Shown here piece after piece: positions 8,391 through 17,409 of a DNA stretch of 64,000 nt; the stretch's first letter is position 1, and the number at the start of each line of letters is the position of its first letter. The notes under the pieces are model-generated. The model saw nothing but the letters and a program-made list of their open reading frames with translations, did no database searches and was not told the DNA's origin. The stretch is from a virus (lineage: Duplodnaviria; Caudoviricetes). The stretch is taken from IMG/VR virus record IMGVR_UViG_2563367078_000003, positions 46,946-110,945 of that record. The stretch is one strand, 5' to 3'. Made by a program: the position numbers and the translations under genes.

Positions 8391-8891
8391 ATGGCTACGC
8401 AGTTCGAGATCGATCAGAAGAACGACAAGTGGCGGGCGTGGCTAGCGGACATGGATGCTGAGATCGACGTGCTGCTGCGGGAGGTGCCCGGCATGCCGGA
8501 GAATCCGTGGTCGCTGGAGGGGTTGCGGCACGTCGAACAATTCATCCTCAGGCGGTTCCCGTCGCTGGACGACGTCAGTAAGAACCCCGAGAACTGGCCG
8601 CTGGCGGATCGGCTGGCGCGGTTCATCGGCGAGGTATTCCACAGGCTGTTCGAAGGCAAGTGGGAAAACCATCCCGAGGAGTACACCACGATCGAGCGGT
8701 ATCCAGATTTCGGACCGGCGATAACCAACGAGTGGACCGACGTGCCGCTAGATGTAGGAAATGACATCACGATAATCATTCACCGGCAACGCGGCGAGCA
8801 TTTGTCGCTGATTTATCGCCATCGGGTTGAGGATTACGCTAAATGGGTGGAATCGGGTCGGCCACCTCGCATCGAATACCTGCTCACATAA
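8391..8891 (+). CDS. putative immunity protein
   Basis: WSLEGLRHVE...ARFIGEVF...GKW pattern recalled from polymorphic-toxin immunity families; directly upstream of nuclease. Confidence 0.55.
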   Translation: MATQFEIDQKNDKWRAWLADMDAEIDVLLREVPGMPENPWSLEGLRHVEQFILRRFPSLDDVSKNPENWPLADRLARFIGEVFHRLFEGKWENHPEEYTTIERYPDFGPAITNEWTDVPLDVGNDITIIIHRQRGEHLSLIYRHRVEDYAKWVESGRPPRIEYLLT

Positions 8892-8918
8892 CAGAAAAAT
8901 TCAGCCCCGGGGAAGACG

Positions 8919-10091
8919 ATGGAATGGAACAACGAACTCGAAGCGCAGTATCAACGCTACGCTGACGGTAAGTGGCGCAAAGATGGTCATGCTCGCGCGA
9001 TGTGGAGGCGGCGTGCGGATTGGCTCGAAGCGCGCCAAAGGTGGCAGAAATCCAAAGATGTCGGAGATCGGTTCCGCGATGGAATGTTGGCGATTCGCGG
9101 TCACACACCTGAACGGGGATACCGGAAAGAGCAGCACCTCCGGACCAACGAAGGTTCTCGATTTCACGACGTTAGACATGCCGAGACCGGTGACGCTTTC
9201 GAGTACAAGTCGGGTGCTCTCGATTCTCGAAAATCCATGCCGCAGCTGCAAAAAGATGAACGGCACCTGGCGGCCGATAGGTCGGTCGAGTGGGTCATCG
9301 TCGAAGGCGCTCGGATCGACAAAGATGTCAAGGCGAAAATCAAAGAGCTGAAAGAGCGTTACCCGGAGAATTTCCGCGTCGTGCAGGTCACGAAGGAACA
9401 GCTCCGAATGGCGCTCACCGTTGCAAAGCATCTGGAAAAGGCGAAGGAAAAGGCGGCACGGGCAGCACAGAAGGAGGCGCGGGAAGCCGCCGAGCGGGAA
9501 CGCAAACGCCTTGCACCGAAGCGATTGGTCGAGAAGACGAAAGATCTGACGCGTGTAGTGGAGGTCAATCGCCAGGCAATCAAGCAGGCCGAGAAGGACG
9601 GAAAGGTCTTTCCGGCTCGCGAGCTGACCGAGTCGCACAAGGATGTTCGCCGGTCGCTGCGCAAGGTCAACAAAGAGGGGCGGAGGCAGGCGCACGAGCT
9701 TGTTGCCGGACTGGGGTTGAGCGAGAAGCAATCGCGGGAGATGGAGGCGTATCTCGCCGAACGCCGCGCCGCGAAGCTGGAGCCGACCGCCCAGGGTGTT
9801 CGGGAGATCGGCGCGGCAGCTCGCGCCCGTGAGGCGGAGGAACGAGAGATCGCGGCGGCGCAGAAGGAGGCTCGAGAGAAGGAGGCTCGGGATCGTCAAT
9901 GGCGGGAGGAGCAGGCACGGGCGAAAGAGGCGCGAGAGCGGGCAGGGATCAATATCCCGGGGATGGAAGCCGTCCTGGGGGGTGGGAGCGTGGCACCATC
10001 GCAGGAACTAGCCCGAGGGTCGACCGAATTGCGCCCTCAGAGCCGGAGTCCGGAACGGGACAGTCGCGGCCTGAGCAGAGAACGGGACTGA
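8919..10091 (+). CDS. putative PD-(D/E)XK (Tox-REase-like) nuclease toxin with coiled-coil and Arg-rich tail
   Basis: EQHL..GSRFHD..AFEYKSG..QLQKD motif; C-terminus RSPERDSRGLSRERD. Confidence 0.6.
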   Translation: MEWNNELEAQYQRYADGKWRKDGHARAMWRRRADWLEARQRWQKSKDVGDRFRDGMLAIRGHTPERGYRKEQHLRTNEGSRFHDVRHAETGDAFEYKSGALDSRKSMPQLQKDERHLAADRSVEWVIVEGARIDKDVKAKIKELKERYPENFRVVQVTKEQLRMALTVAKHLEKAKEKAARAAQKEAREAAERERKRLAPKRLVEKTKDLTRVVEVNRQAIKQAEKDGKVFPARELTESHKDVRRSLRKVNKEGRRQAHELVAGLGLSEKQSREMEAYLAERRAAKLEPTAQGVREIGAAARAREAEEREIAAAQKEAREKEARDRQWREEQARAKEARERAGINIPGMEAVLGGGSVAPSQELARGSTELRPQSRSPERDSRGLSRERD

Positions 10092-10095
10092 AACG

Positions 10096-10140
10096 CAAAA
10101 AGACCCCCAGCTCCAGTTGGTAACTGAAACCGGGGGTCTT
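10096..10140 (-). terminator. intrinsic terminator of the late/lysis operon (possibly bidirectional)
   Basis: - strand AAGACCCCCGGTTTCAGTT-ACC-AACTGGAGCTGGGGGTCTT then TTTGCG; G-U pairs favour - strand. Confidence 0.8.
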
Positions 10141-10231
10141 GCAGGGAAGGGCCCGTAGCAGCGGACCGGCTTCTTTCTGCGGTTTGCTTCGACCATCGCC
10201 AAGCTATCAAAGATGTTGCGGCGCGGTCAAA

Positions 10232-10624
10232 TCAGCCGATTGACGCTTCGACGCTGTAGGTGAAGCTGGGCGTGGTGCCGCCGATGACGCTGCGGGTGCG
10301 GATGAACTCCGGGGTGACGAACGCGGCGCGGCTGGTGCCGGTGGTCGTGATGTTCGTCGGAGCGGTTGCCGTGGTGCCGACCGAGTAGCCGCCGGAGCCG
10401 ATCACCCCGAGCTGGAACCAGTTGGTCTCGTCGTCCGAGCCTTCGACAACGATGGTCATGGTCGGGGTAGTGCCGGACGCGGCGGTGACCTTAACGACGA
10501 TGCTCGTCATGCCGGGGCCGCCCGGGTGGGCAACGTTGTGGGTCGTGGAAGCGGTCTCGGCCGCCGACGCCTTGAATTCGAAGTGGTCGCCGCGCTGGAC
10601 GCCGGTAGAGCCTGCAAAGGCCAT
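10232..10624 (-). CDS. small beta-sandwich virion-type protein (paralog of 26983..27378)
   Basis: Thr/Gly-rich, GAGGT RBS, similarity to 26983..27378. Confidence 0.7.
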   Translation of the reverse strand: MAFAGSTGVQRGDHFEFKASAAETASTTHNVAHPGGPGMTSIVVKVTAASGTTPTMTIVVEGSDDETNWFQLGVIGSGGYSVGTTATAPTNITTTGTSRAAFVTPEFIRTRSVIGGTTPSFTYSVEASIG

Positions 10625-10626
10625 GA

Positions 10627-11154
10627 TTACCTCTTGTGGTTGAGAATGTGTTGGTGTGTGGCGTCCAGGCGCGAGCGCGCTTCAGCGGCCACGTACGGGT
10701 TCCGGACGACGGTGAGTGAGTTGTCCTGGGTCGTCTCGCCGGATGTGCTCCAGTTGGTCGAGCCGCCGATCACGTCCAGGCCGTCGACGACCACCATCTT
10801 GAGATGGACGATGTTGCCTCGCTCGCTTTTGCCGATCGCAATTGAGCTGGCGGGGAACACATCTCGCGCCAGGATGGTTTGTTCGTGCTTCCCGGCGGCT
10901 TGGCGGGAGTCGAGAGTCAGCTGAACGAACACGTGCTCGTCGTTGATCTTCTCGAGCAGCAGGTCCGCCAGCTCGTCGTCGTCGAACCCGAACATGCTGA
11001 CCACCAGCGAATGACTCGCGGATTTGATCATCGATACCAGGACGCCGTGGATGTTGTCGACGGGCGCGTAGAAGGTCCGCTGGTCGGCGGGATAGCCTGC
11101 CGGGATCGGAGTCCGTTTGAAGCTGTCCAGCGCCGACAAGTCAGTCAGTGCCAT
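10627..11154 (-). CDS. phospholipase D/Nuc-family enzyme (single HKD)
   Basis: HLKMVVVD (HxKxxxxD) + GSTNWS...QDN. Confidence 0.85.
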   Translation of the reverse strand: MALTDLSALDSFKRTPIPAGYPADQRTFYAPVDNIHGVLVSMIKSASHSLVVSMFGFDDDELADLLLEKINDEHVFVQLTLDSRQAAGKHEQTILARDVFPASSIAIGKSERGNIVHLKMVVVDGLDVIGGSTNWSTSGETTQDNSLTVVRNPYVAAEARSRLDATHQHILNHKR

Positions 11155-11401
11155 TGGTTTTCTTTCGGTCAGGGGTGAAATCCGTTCCGTGCCAGCGGTA
11201 TAGCGCGCGGATGTAGATGCAGGTGAGGGCCACCGACAAGGCGATCGTTCCGGGCTGGCCGGTGACAATCCCGTCGATGACCCACACCGATTGCGCGGCG
11301 ATGCCGAACAGCCATCCTTTACGCGGGTTGTGCGACGATATCCAGCATTGAATGATGCTGACCGCAGCGGTGATCCACGACCAGGCGGCCAATGCGGTCA
11401 T
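11141..11401 (-). CDS. small 3-TM PnuC-like membrane protein
   Basis: three TMs, GWLFG..Q..W and Y..Y.W motifs. Confidence 0.55.
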   Translation of the reverse strand: MTALAAWSWITAAVSIIQCWISSHNPRKGWLFGIAAQSVWVIDGIVTGQPGTIALSVALTCIYIRALYRWHGTDFTPDRKKTNGTD

Positions 11402-11697
11402 CCGATGAACAGTTCCGGCGGCGCGGGGAAATTCGGATCGACTTCGAGTGCGGCTTTGTGCGCCTTCAAATCCCACGACTGGTGGGGATACAGCGCCTTT
11501 TTGAATTCTCGGACGTCACTTTCGAGCTGGTCGCACCGCGCGGTCACACTCGATACCTGTGCCAGCGCATTTCGAGCCAGCTCGCTTGCCGTGTCGGCTT
11601 TGGTCTTTTTCCGATTAGCCCACGCCATGACGAGTGCTTGCAGCAAAGACCCTCCGGCGACAAGCGACAGAATAAGGTTTTCCAGGCCGACGCTCAT
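11398..11697 (-). CDS. lysis-cassette membrane protein (TM + coiled coil)
   Basis: N-terminal TM, coiled coil, PxPP end; downstream of holin. Confidence 0.7.
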   Translation of the reverse strand: MSVGLENLILSLVAGGSLLQALVMAWANRKKTKADTASELARNALAQVSSVTARCDQLESDVREFKKALYPHQSWDLKAHKAALEVDPNFPAPPELFIG

Positions 11698-11699
11698 GA

Positions 11700-11927
11700 T
11701 TACTTCCTCGCGGTCAGCTTCGCGACAGGGGTAACCTGCGAACGAATCAGCTCGGTAGCCGGGACACCCAGCACGATAGCGATCAGAGCGTCGATAGCGG
11801 CGGTGTCGGAGATTCCGAACTTCGCGAATACCACCGCGACAATACCGACGATAATGGTGTACAGCACCGAACGAACCGGGTTCATCGCCCAGAGGTTCTT
11901 CAGGTAGCTGCCTATTGCTTTGAGCAT
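11700..11927 (-). CDS. holin
   Basis: two TMs, IRSQVTPV C-terminal motif typical of actinophage holins. Confidence 0.75.
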   Translation of the reverse strand: MLKAIGSYLKNLWAMNPVRSVLYTIIVGIVAVVFAKFGISDTAAIDALIAIVLGVPATELIRSQVTPVAKLTARK

Positions 11928-11949
11928 TGCTGCCCTTTCTATTCAGTTG

Positions 11950-12705
11950 TTACAGCGCGGCGAGGTCACGCAGGAGGGCGGCCTTGTCGAAGTGCTCGGG
12001 GCTCTCGCCGTTGTGCAGGTATTCGTCACTGACGTAAGCGATTGCACGCATCGACTGCTGCACGTAGAACGCCCAGGTCATCTTCTGCAGCTTGCCCCAC
12101 GTCACGACCACGAAATAACCGTTGCGCCGAGCGACGACCGGGACGTAATGGCCGCCCATGACATCGCCGCCGAGGCGGAAACTCCACGGCTTGCCTGCGG
12201 CGAACTGCTCCTGCGCGATGTCCGTCACAGTGATGCCGATGCCAACCGCACCGAAAAGGTAAGTGGCAGCGGCCAATTCGTTGAGGTTGCCGGGCTCCAG
12301 CTCGAGATACGCCGCGATCTTGTGACGGTTACCGGCCGCGTCGATCATGCCGGTGTTCTTCCGATACTCCGCCGCCGTCGCCATGTCGGTGCCCTGGTCG
12401 GAGGTCGGGTCCGCCGGGTTGAAGCCGGTGATCGCCGAGTAGTCCGCCAGCGCGGTTTCGGTAGTGAATTCCGGAATCGGGTTGCCCGCCGCTGCATTCC
12501 AGAGCATCGCTTCGTGGTCGCTACCCGCGATGACGCAGTCGCCGACCTCGTCGTTGCCCAGCATGCCCCAGTCGGCGATCAGCTGTTCGTGGCCGAAGCT
12601 GCCGGGGATCTTGGGGAGTGCGGAGGTCTTCAGATAGCTCCCCAGCTTCAGCGGAAACGCCTCGTCGGGGGAATCATTGAGACCGAGCTTGTATTCAGTT
12701 GTCAC
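11950..12705 (-). CDS. papain-like cysteine peptidase (putative second endolysin)
   Basis: GNDEVGDC...GGHYVPVV...VTWG catalytic Cys/His layout. Confidence 0.75.
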   Translation of the reverse strand: MTTEYKLGLNDSPDEAFPLKLGSYLKTSALPKIPGSFGHEQLIADWGMLGNDEVGDCVIAGSDHEAMLWNAAAGNPIPEFTTETALADYSAITGFNPADPTSDQGTDMATAAEYRKNTGMIDAAGNRHKIAAYLELEPGNLNELAAATYLFGAVGIGITVTDIAQEQFAAGKPWSFRLGGDVMGGHYVPVVARRNGYFVVVTWGKLQKMTWAFYVQQSMRAIAYVSDEYLHNGESPEHFDKAALLRDLAAL

Positions 12706-12720
12706 GTAAGGTCTTTCGAG

Positions 12721-13680
12721 TTAGGAGTGGGCCGGAGGAGTGGGCGGCTGGTATCCCGGCATTCCGAGCTTCTGGCCGATCTCGGCGAGCGCGTCGACGA
12801 CCGTGCGTCCGTTCAGCTGCGGCCATCCGCCGTATTGGTGATTCGGGCCGCTGAGCTGGTCGCGGACCTCGCCAATAGCGTCGACCGGAGTCAGGCCGCC
12901 CAGCTGGGTCCAACCCGCGCCGTTGATGCCGCGCAGCTGATCCCAGATCTCTTGGAGCATCTGAGCCTGTGCAGGTGTCATATCTGTTTCTCCAATTCCG
13001 CAGGCGGCAGCGAAATCGCTGGGGGAAAGACCGTCTGCTGAGTTCATGTCGCAAAAGCCGAAAGGCGGGCACCACGTCGGCAGAGAACCGCCGAGCAAGG
13101 CTGCCAGTTTGTTGTCGGCGTGGTTGTGCAGTATTCGCTTATACGCGCTGGAATAGACGCCGTCCGTGAATTGGTGCGCGATCTGGCCGGGTAAATTCGG
13201 GTTCGTTCCGTATCCCGCGCCGACCATGCGAAGTCCATCCGGCCGGGTGCGCCACATCGAGTAGAAGTCGTTGGCGTTGGCGTAGCCGATTACTCTGCGA
13301 GTGCCGATATCATTGGTAGTGCCGAGCCAGTCCGTCCACTGCCAGTACATTTTGTTGACGCCATCCGATTGATCGCCGCCGGGATTTCCACCGGATTCGA
13401 GGTCGATCATCATCACCAACTTGGGATGTGGACCGCCCTGGGCTTCGATCATGTTTATCGCGGTCTGCCCGGTCGCCTGCCAGTTGGAGCGCCAGAACGA
13501 ATACACGATGAAACAGCTGAGTTTCCCGGATTCGACGGCGTTGACGGCCCATCGGTAGTTCTGCGCGAAATTCGGATCTTCGTAGACGCCGTCGTTCGCA
13601 CGGAAGCAGAAGATTTGATAGGGGTAGGTGTCGTCTACCGGGATTTGCCATGAGCTGACGTCGGCGTACAAAGAGTCCAC
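12721..13680 (-). CDS. lysA: endolysin, GH25-like muramidase with C-terminal LGG/W-x-QL repeats
   Basis: ADVSSWQ, MIDLES, HQFTD, CDMN motifs; GGAGG RBS before GTG 13680. Confidence 0.85.
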   Translation of the reverse strand: MDSLYADVSSWQIPVDDTYPYQIFCFRANDGVYEDPNFAQNYRWAVNAVESGKLSCFIVYSFWRSNWQATGQTAINMIEAQGGPHPKLVMMIDLESGGNPGGDQSDGVNKMYWQWTDWLGTTNDIGTRRVIGYANANDFYSMWRTRPDGLRMVGAGYGTNPNLPGQIAHQFTDGVYSSAYKRILHNHADNKLAALLGGSLPTWCPPFGFCDMNSADGLSPSDFAAACGIGETDMTPAQAQMLQEIWDQLRGINGAGWTQLGGLTPVDAIGEVRDQLSGPNHQYGGWPQLNGRTVVDALAEIGQKLGMPGYQPPTPPAHS

Positions 13681-13691
13681 AACGATGCCTC

Positions 13692-14117
13692 CTATTGTGT
13701 TAAAACGCCCAGCAGAGTCGTCGCCGCCAGAACTGCGGTGAGGACTCCGTAGGTTTCGATCACGACCCGCAGCCACGAACTACCGGGCGTATGACGAGCC
13801 CAGGTGATGCCAGCGGCGACGACCGCGACCATGACCAGCGCCAGCGCGATAGCTGGAATCCCGGTCAGGAACAGGTACGGGAATGCGGGGATGAGCGCGC
13901 CGACTCCGGAGGCAATTCCGATCGCCGCCGGAGTCGCGAAACTTCCACTGTCGGAAAGCCATTCGCCGCAGCCCATGCCGATCACTTCCGCGATAGCCAG
14001 GCCGATTGCGGCGAGCAGGATCGCGGAGGGATGGTTGTGCAGCGACATGAGAACGCCTGTGCCGCAGGTCAATCCGTCGACGAGACCGAAGATCACCGCA
14101 CTTTTCAAGATTTTCAT
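13692..14117 (-). CDS. VIT1/CCC1-like membrane protein
   Basis: FGLVDGL...AEVIGMGCGEWLS...GALIPAFPY. Confidence 0.7.
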   Translation of the reverse strand: MKILKSAVIFGLVDGLTCGTGVLMSLHNHPSAILLAAIGLAIAEVIGMGCGEWLSDSGSFATPAAIGIASGVGALIPAFPYLFLTGIPAIALALVMVAVVAAGITWARHTPGSSWLRVVIETYGVLTAVLAATTLLGVLTQ

Positions 14118-14166
14118 TTATGTTTCGAATCGTTCGATGCTAAAGCCGATATGATAAAATCGACAT

Positions 14167-14898
14167 GTGCCTAAAATGTGTGAAATCGAAGGTTGTGCAA
14201 ACTCGTCGTCATGCCGGAAAATGTGTCCAGCCCACTACGCTCGGTGGCGAAGGACCGGAGATCCGCAGCCTGAGATTCCCATAGCCACAAAGAAGCCCAG
14301 CAACGGGTCGTGCGATGTTCCAGAATGCGGACGACCGCGATCGACTGACGGTCTGTGCTCGACACACAATGAACGACTCAAACGCTATGGCGATCCTGAA
14401 TTCACAGGCCCCATACGTGGGCGACGCCGGAAAGGTCTGGCACTAGCCGAGGTATTCGCTCTTTACATGCCCGGCGAACTCCCTGCCGATGAAACGCCCT
14501 GGATATGGCAGGGGCGTGTAGACAAAGACGGATACGGGCAGCTGACTCACGAAAACGTCGTATGGGCAGCCCACCGTGCCGCGTACACGATTTTTGTAGG
14601 ACTCATCCCTGCTGGTTTGATGATTCGGCATAAAAATGACACTCCGCTTGACGTTAACCCCCTCAATCTCGAACTCGGCACTCATGCAGATAATCAACAA
14701 GACAAGATGGAGCGTGGCAGACAGCCTCTAGGCTCCGCGCATGGTCAGTCTAAACTGACCGAGGACTCCGTTCGGGAGGCTCGGGAGCTTTACGCCACGG
14801 GGAACTATACGCAACTGGAACTAGCGCGGTTTTACGGCATTGACGATAGTACGATGTGTGTACTGCTTCAGCGTAAAACATGGAAACATGTTGCCTAG
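14167..14898 (+). CDS. HNH homing endonuclease (antisense insertion)
   Basis: two C-x4-C..C..HY modules, GYG..AHR..RH..N..NL..GT..N..D, C-terminal HTH; TGATAAAAT -10 just upstream. Confidence 0.85.
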   Translation: MPKMCEIEGCANSSSCRKMCPAHYARWRRTGDPQPEIPIATKKPSNGSCDVPECGRPRSTDGLCSTHNERLKRYGDPEFTGPIRGRRRKGLALAEVFALYMPGELPADETPWIWQGRVDKDGYGQLTHENVVWAAHRAAYTIFVGLIPAGLMIRHKNDTPLDVNPLNLELGTHADNQQDKMERGRQPLGSAHGQSKLTEDSVREARELYATGNYTQLELARFYGIDDSTMCVLLQRKTWKHVA

Positions 14899-15287
14899 GT
14901 GGGCAACCCCTCCAGGCTATCCGGGTCGTAGTCCAGGCCGTCCTGCAGCGGTTTGTCGCCGTAGCCTTCGATCGCGTACCCGCATGCCGCCAGCGCCCAG
15001 GTGAAGCAGCCGTCCATGTGGTGCTGCGCGGCGTGCGGGTCTCCCAGAGGGGTGAACGATCCAGCTCGGCGGCGAAGCGAAGTCTCTGCGGGCTGGCCGA
15101 GCCGATTGGCGTGAAAGACAAGCACTTCGGCGTTGGCGTGCTCCCGCTCGGGATGTACCACAATGGTCAGGAACCCGAAGGCGAAGCCGTTGTCGAAAAT
15201 GGGTGGAGTGACTTCATAGCACCGCGCATAGCCGCCGTATCCGAGAACGTTCTCGAGGTGCAGCCGCGCGGTTTTCGTTGTAGGCAT
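14895..15287 (-). CDS. hypothetical protein of tail module
   Basis: AAGGAA RBS; follows tail gene. Confidence 0.7.
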   Translation of the reverse strand: MPTTKTARLHLENVLGYGGYARCYEVTPPIFDNGFAFGFLTIVVHPEREHANAEVLVFHANRLGQPAETSLRRRAGSFTPLGDPHAAQHHMDGCFTWALAACGYAIEGYGDKPLQDGLDYDPDSLEGLPT

Positions 15288-15298
15288 TGATGTTTCCT

Positions 15299-16933
15299 TT
15301 ACGGCGTGGAGATGACCCAGACCATTCCGGCGTTTCCGCCGCCGCCTCCGCCGGGAGTTTCGCCGGGAATGCAGCCGCCACCTCCGCCACCCGCGCCTCC
15401 GGGGTAGCCTCCTGAGCCGCCCTGGCCGCCTTCGCCGGATGCCGAACCAGCGCCTCCACCCCCGCCCGCTGCGGGCCCGTAGGAGCCTGTGGGGAGGTTC
15501 GTGCCGTCCGAGCCGCTGAGGCCGTCTGTGGTGGCCCCGGCTCCGCCGGTCGCGTTAGCGCCGTTGCCGCCTGCTGTGCCTGGTATGGACGTCGGTGAGC
15601 CGCCGGTGCCTCCGCCTGCGTTGTAGGTCGAGGTGTTGCCGGTGCCGGGGCTTGCCGGGCCGCCTGCGTTGTAGACGCTTCCCGGGGGGCCACCGCCTGC
15701 GACAACCGAAGTGCCGTCTGTGCCGGTGAAGCTGCTTGCGGTGCCTGCGGTGCCGTCGAGGTTTATCGCGGTAATCGTGTCGATCGCAGGGCTGTGGAAA
15801 TCGTTTTGAAATACCGGATAATTGCCCTCGGTGATGAAGCCGAAATGGCGGTTACCCGCGCCGGTCGGGACGGTGCTTCCGGTGTCGGTCCAGGTGCAGA
15901 CGGTGACTCCGTTGATTTTCCCGGTGAACACATTTCCGCGCCGGGTGAGCGAGATCGTCTGGCCGTGCGCCACGCTGGTGGACGATTGAGCGACGACCGT
16001 CTGACCCGACAGCGTGCCCTCGGCCGAATACGGGCTGACCGGTGCATTGACCTGCGTCATCATTCCCGATCCCGAGCCGGTAGATGCTCCGAACACCACG
16101 ATTTTCGAGCTGGAGGAGTACGTCGTCGGCGCGGGGAAATATACGCAGGTGACGTTGTCGGTGGCTTCGGGGATCGACGGTGCGACGACAACAGCTTCGA
16201 TAGTGACGTCGTCGCACAACATTTCGCCGCCGACGTAGGTTGCCCACTGCCCGTTCTCGCCCGCGCCACCGGAATCGGTTCTGGCTTCGGCGGTGTTGCT
16301 GATGATCTGCGGCGAGTTGCTGCCCGAGTCGATTCGCCAGTTGGCGCCGAGGCTGGTCGAGTTCGCGCGGCCGAAGTCGTCGTAGTAGTAGGCGTACGCG
16401 CCAATCCCTTGGATGCCGATTGTGACGGCGTAGCTGGACAGGGACAGGTCGGAGTCGTTGAATGTCGTTTCCTGCCACCCGCCCATTCCGCCGCCCTGAC
16501 CGCCGTATTCGGGCCCGGAATCCTCTCCGCCCATTCCGCCGCCACTGCCAGCGATGCAGATCACTTTGTGCGTCGAATAGCCGGTCGGTTTGTGCCAGAC
16601 ATCGTTGACGTAATAGACCGCGATCAACTGCCCGTTTTCGAGCTTGGTGATCCTGTTTTCGTGATTGGCGAGGGTGAGCGATGACGAGGTCAGGTGTGTG
16701 GCGTTATCGGCGATCGGCTGGAGAACATTCGATTGGTGCACGTTCTGCGCGTTGGTGAACGACGCGATCGGCGTGCCTTTCAGCATGTTCTGAATCGTGG
16801 TTGTCGTCCAGTCGCTTTGAACGCCTTTCACGCCCGCTGTCTGGCCGTTCGAGGATTGCGTGCCGTAGTTGGCTTCCGGGCCGTAAGCGAAAATGTAGTC
16901 GCCGAGCGGCGCGCCTTGATCAGGAGCTGTCAC
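15299..16933 (-). CDS. minor tail protein / receptor-binding, Gly-rich
   Basis: GGGGG-rich segments flanking a lectin-like beta domain (DDFGRAN..LGANW). Confidence 0.8.
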   Translation of the reverse strand: MTAPDQGAPLGDYIFAYGPEANYGTQSSNGQTAGVKGVQSDWTTTTIQNMLKGTPIASFTNAQNVHQSNVLQPIADNATHLTSSSLTLANHENRITKLENGQLIAVYYVNDVWHKPTGYSTHKVICIAGSGGGMGGEDSGPEYGGQGGGMGGWQETTFNDSDLSLSSYAVTIGIQGIGAYAYYYDDFGRANSTSLGANWRIDSGSNSPQIISNTAEARTDSGGAGENGQWATYVGGEMLCDDVTIEAVVVAPSIPEATDNVTCVYFPAPTTYSSSSKIVVFGASTGSGSGMMTQVNAPVSPYSAEGTLSGQTVVAQSSTSVAHGQTISLTRRGNVFTGKINGVTVCTWTDTGSTVPTGAGNRHFGFITEGNYPVFQNDFHSPAIDTITAINLDGTAGTASSFTGTDGTSVVAGGGPPGSVYNAGGPASPGTGNTSTYNAGGGTGGSPTSIPGTAGGNGANATGGAGATTDGLSGSDGTNLPTGSYGPAAGGGGGAGSASGEGGQGGSGGYPGGAGGGGGGCIPGETPGGGGGGNAGMVWVISTP

Positions 16934-17409
16934 GCGTCACCGCCCAGGACTTCTTCGGCCGTGGTGCCTCGCTGGATCTTGACTTGCAATTCGTCCCAGG
17001 TGGTTGCTGCGGCGACGGGGCCACGGTCCGGCGGAGGGTCGGTGATATGCCCGACGTTGCGAAGTTCCTGGTGGATCCATTCGCGTTCCTGCGTGGTCAT
17101 CCCGCGCACATTCGGCAGCACCAGCGGTTCGACTTCTTCCGCGTCCATCGGCACCCACCGCGCCAGACCGTTCAGGAAGCTGGGGTTGCCCCGGGGCGGG
17201 AGACGCAATTTCTTCGTCTGGAGCTTGCTGTGGTGCCGGAAGCCGAGTTCGAAAAGGTGCTTCGAGATGACCTTCGCGGTATTCAGCTGGATGGGCATGG
17301 TTTCGGTGTCGCCCATCTGAATCTGCGTGAGCGCCCACAGGAAATGCTCGGTCGGGTCCTTCGGGTCACACTCGTCGTACTGGGGGAATCGTTTGTTCGT
17401 CGATGCCAT
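16930..17409 (-). CDS. minor tail protein (DUF2744 / mycobacteriophage gp29-like)
   Basis: FPQYDECDPKDPTEHFLWAL...SKHLFELGFRHH...WVP. Confidence 0.8.
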   Translation of the reverse strand: MASTNKRFPQYDECDPKDPTEHFLWALTQIQMGDTETMPIQLNTAKVISKHLFELGFRHHSKLQTKKLRLPPRGNPSFLNGLARWVPMDAEEVEPLVLPNVRGMTTQEREWIHQELRNVGHITDPPPDRGPVAAATTWDELQVKIQRGTTAEEVLGGDA

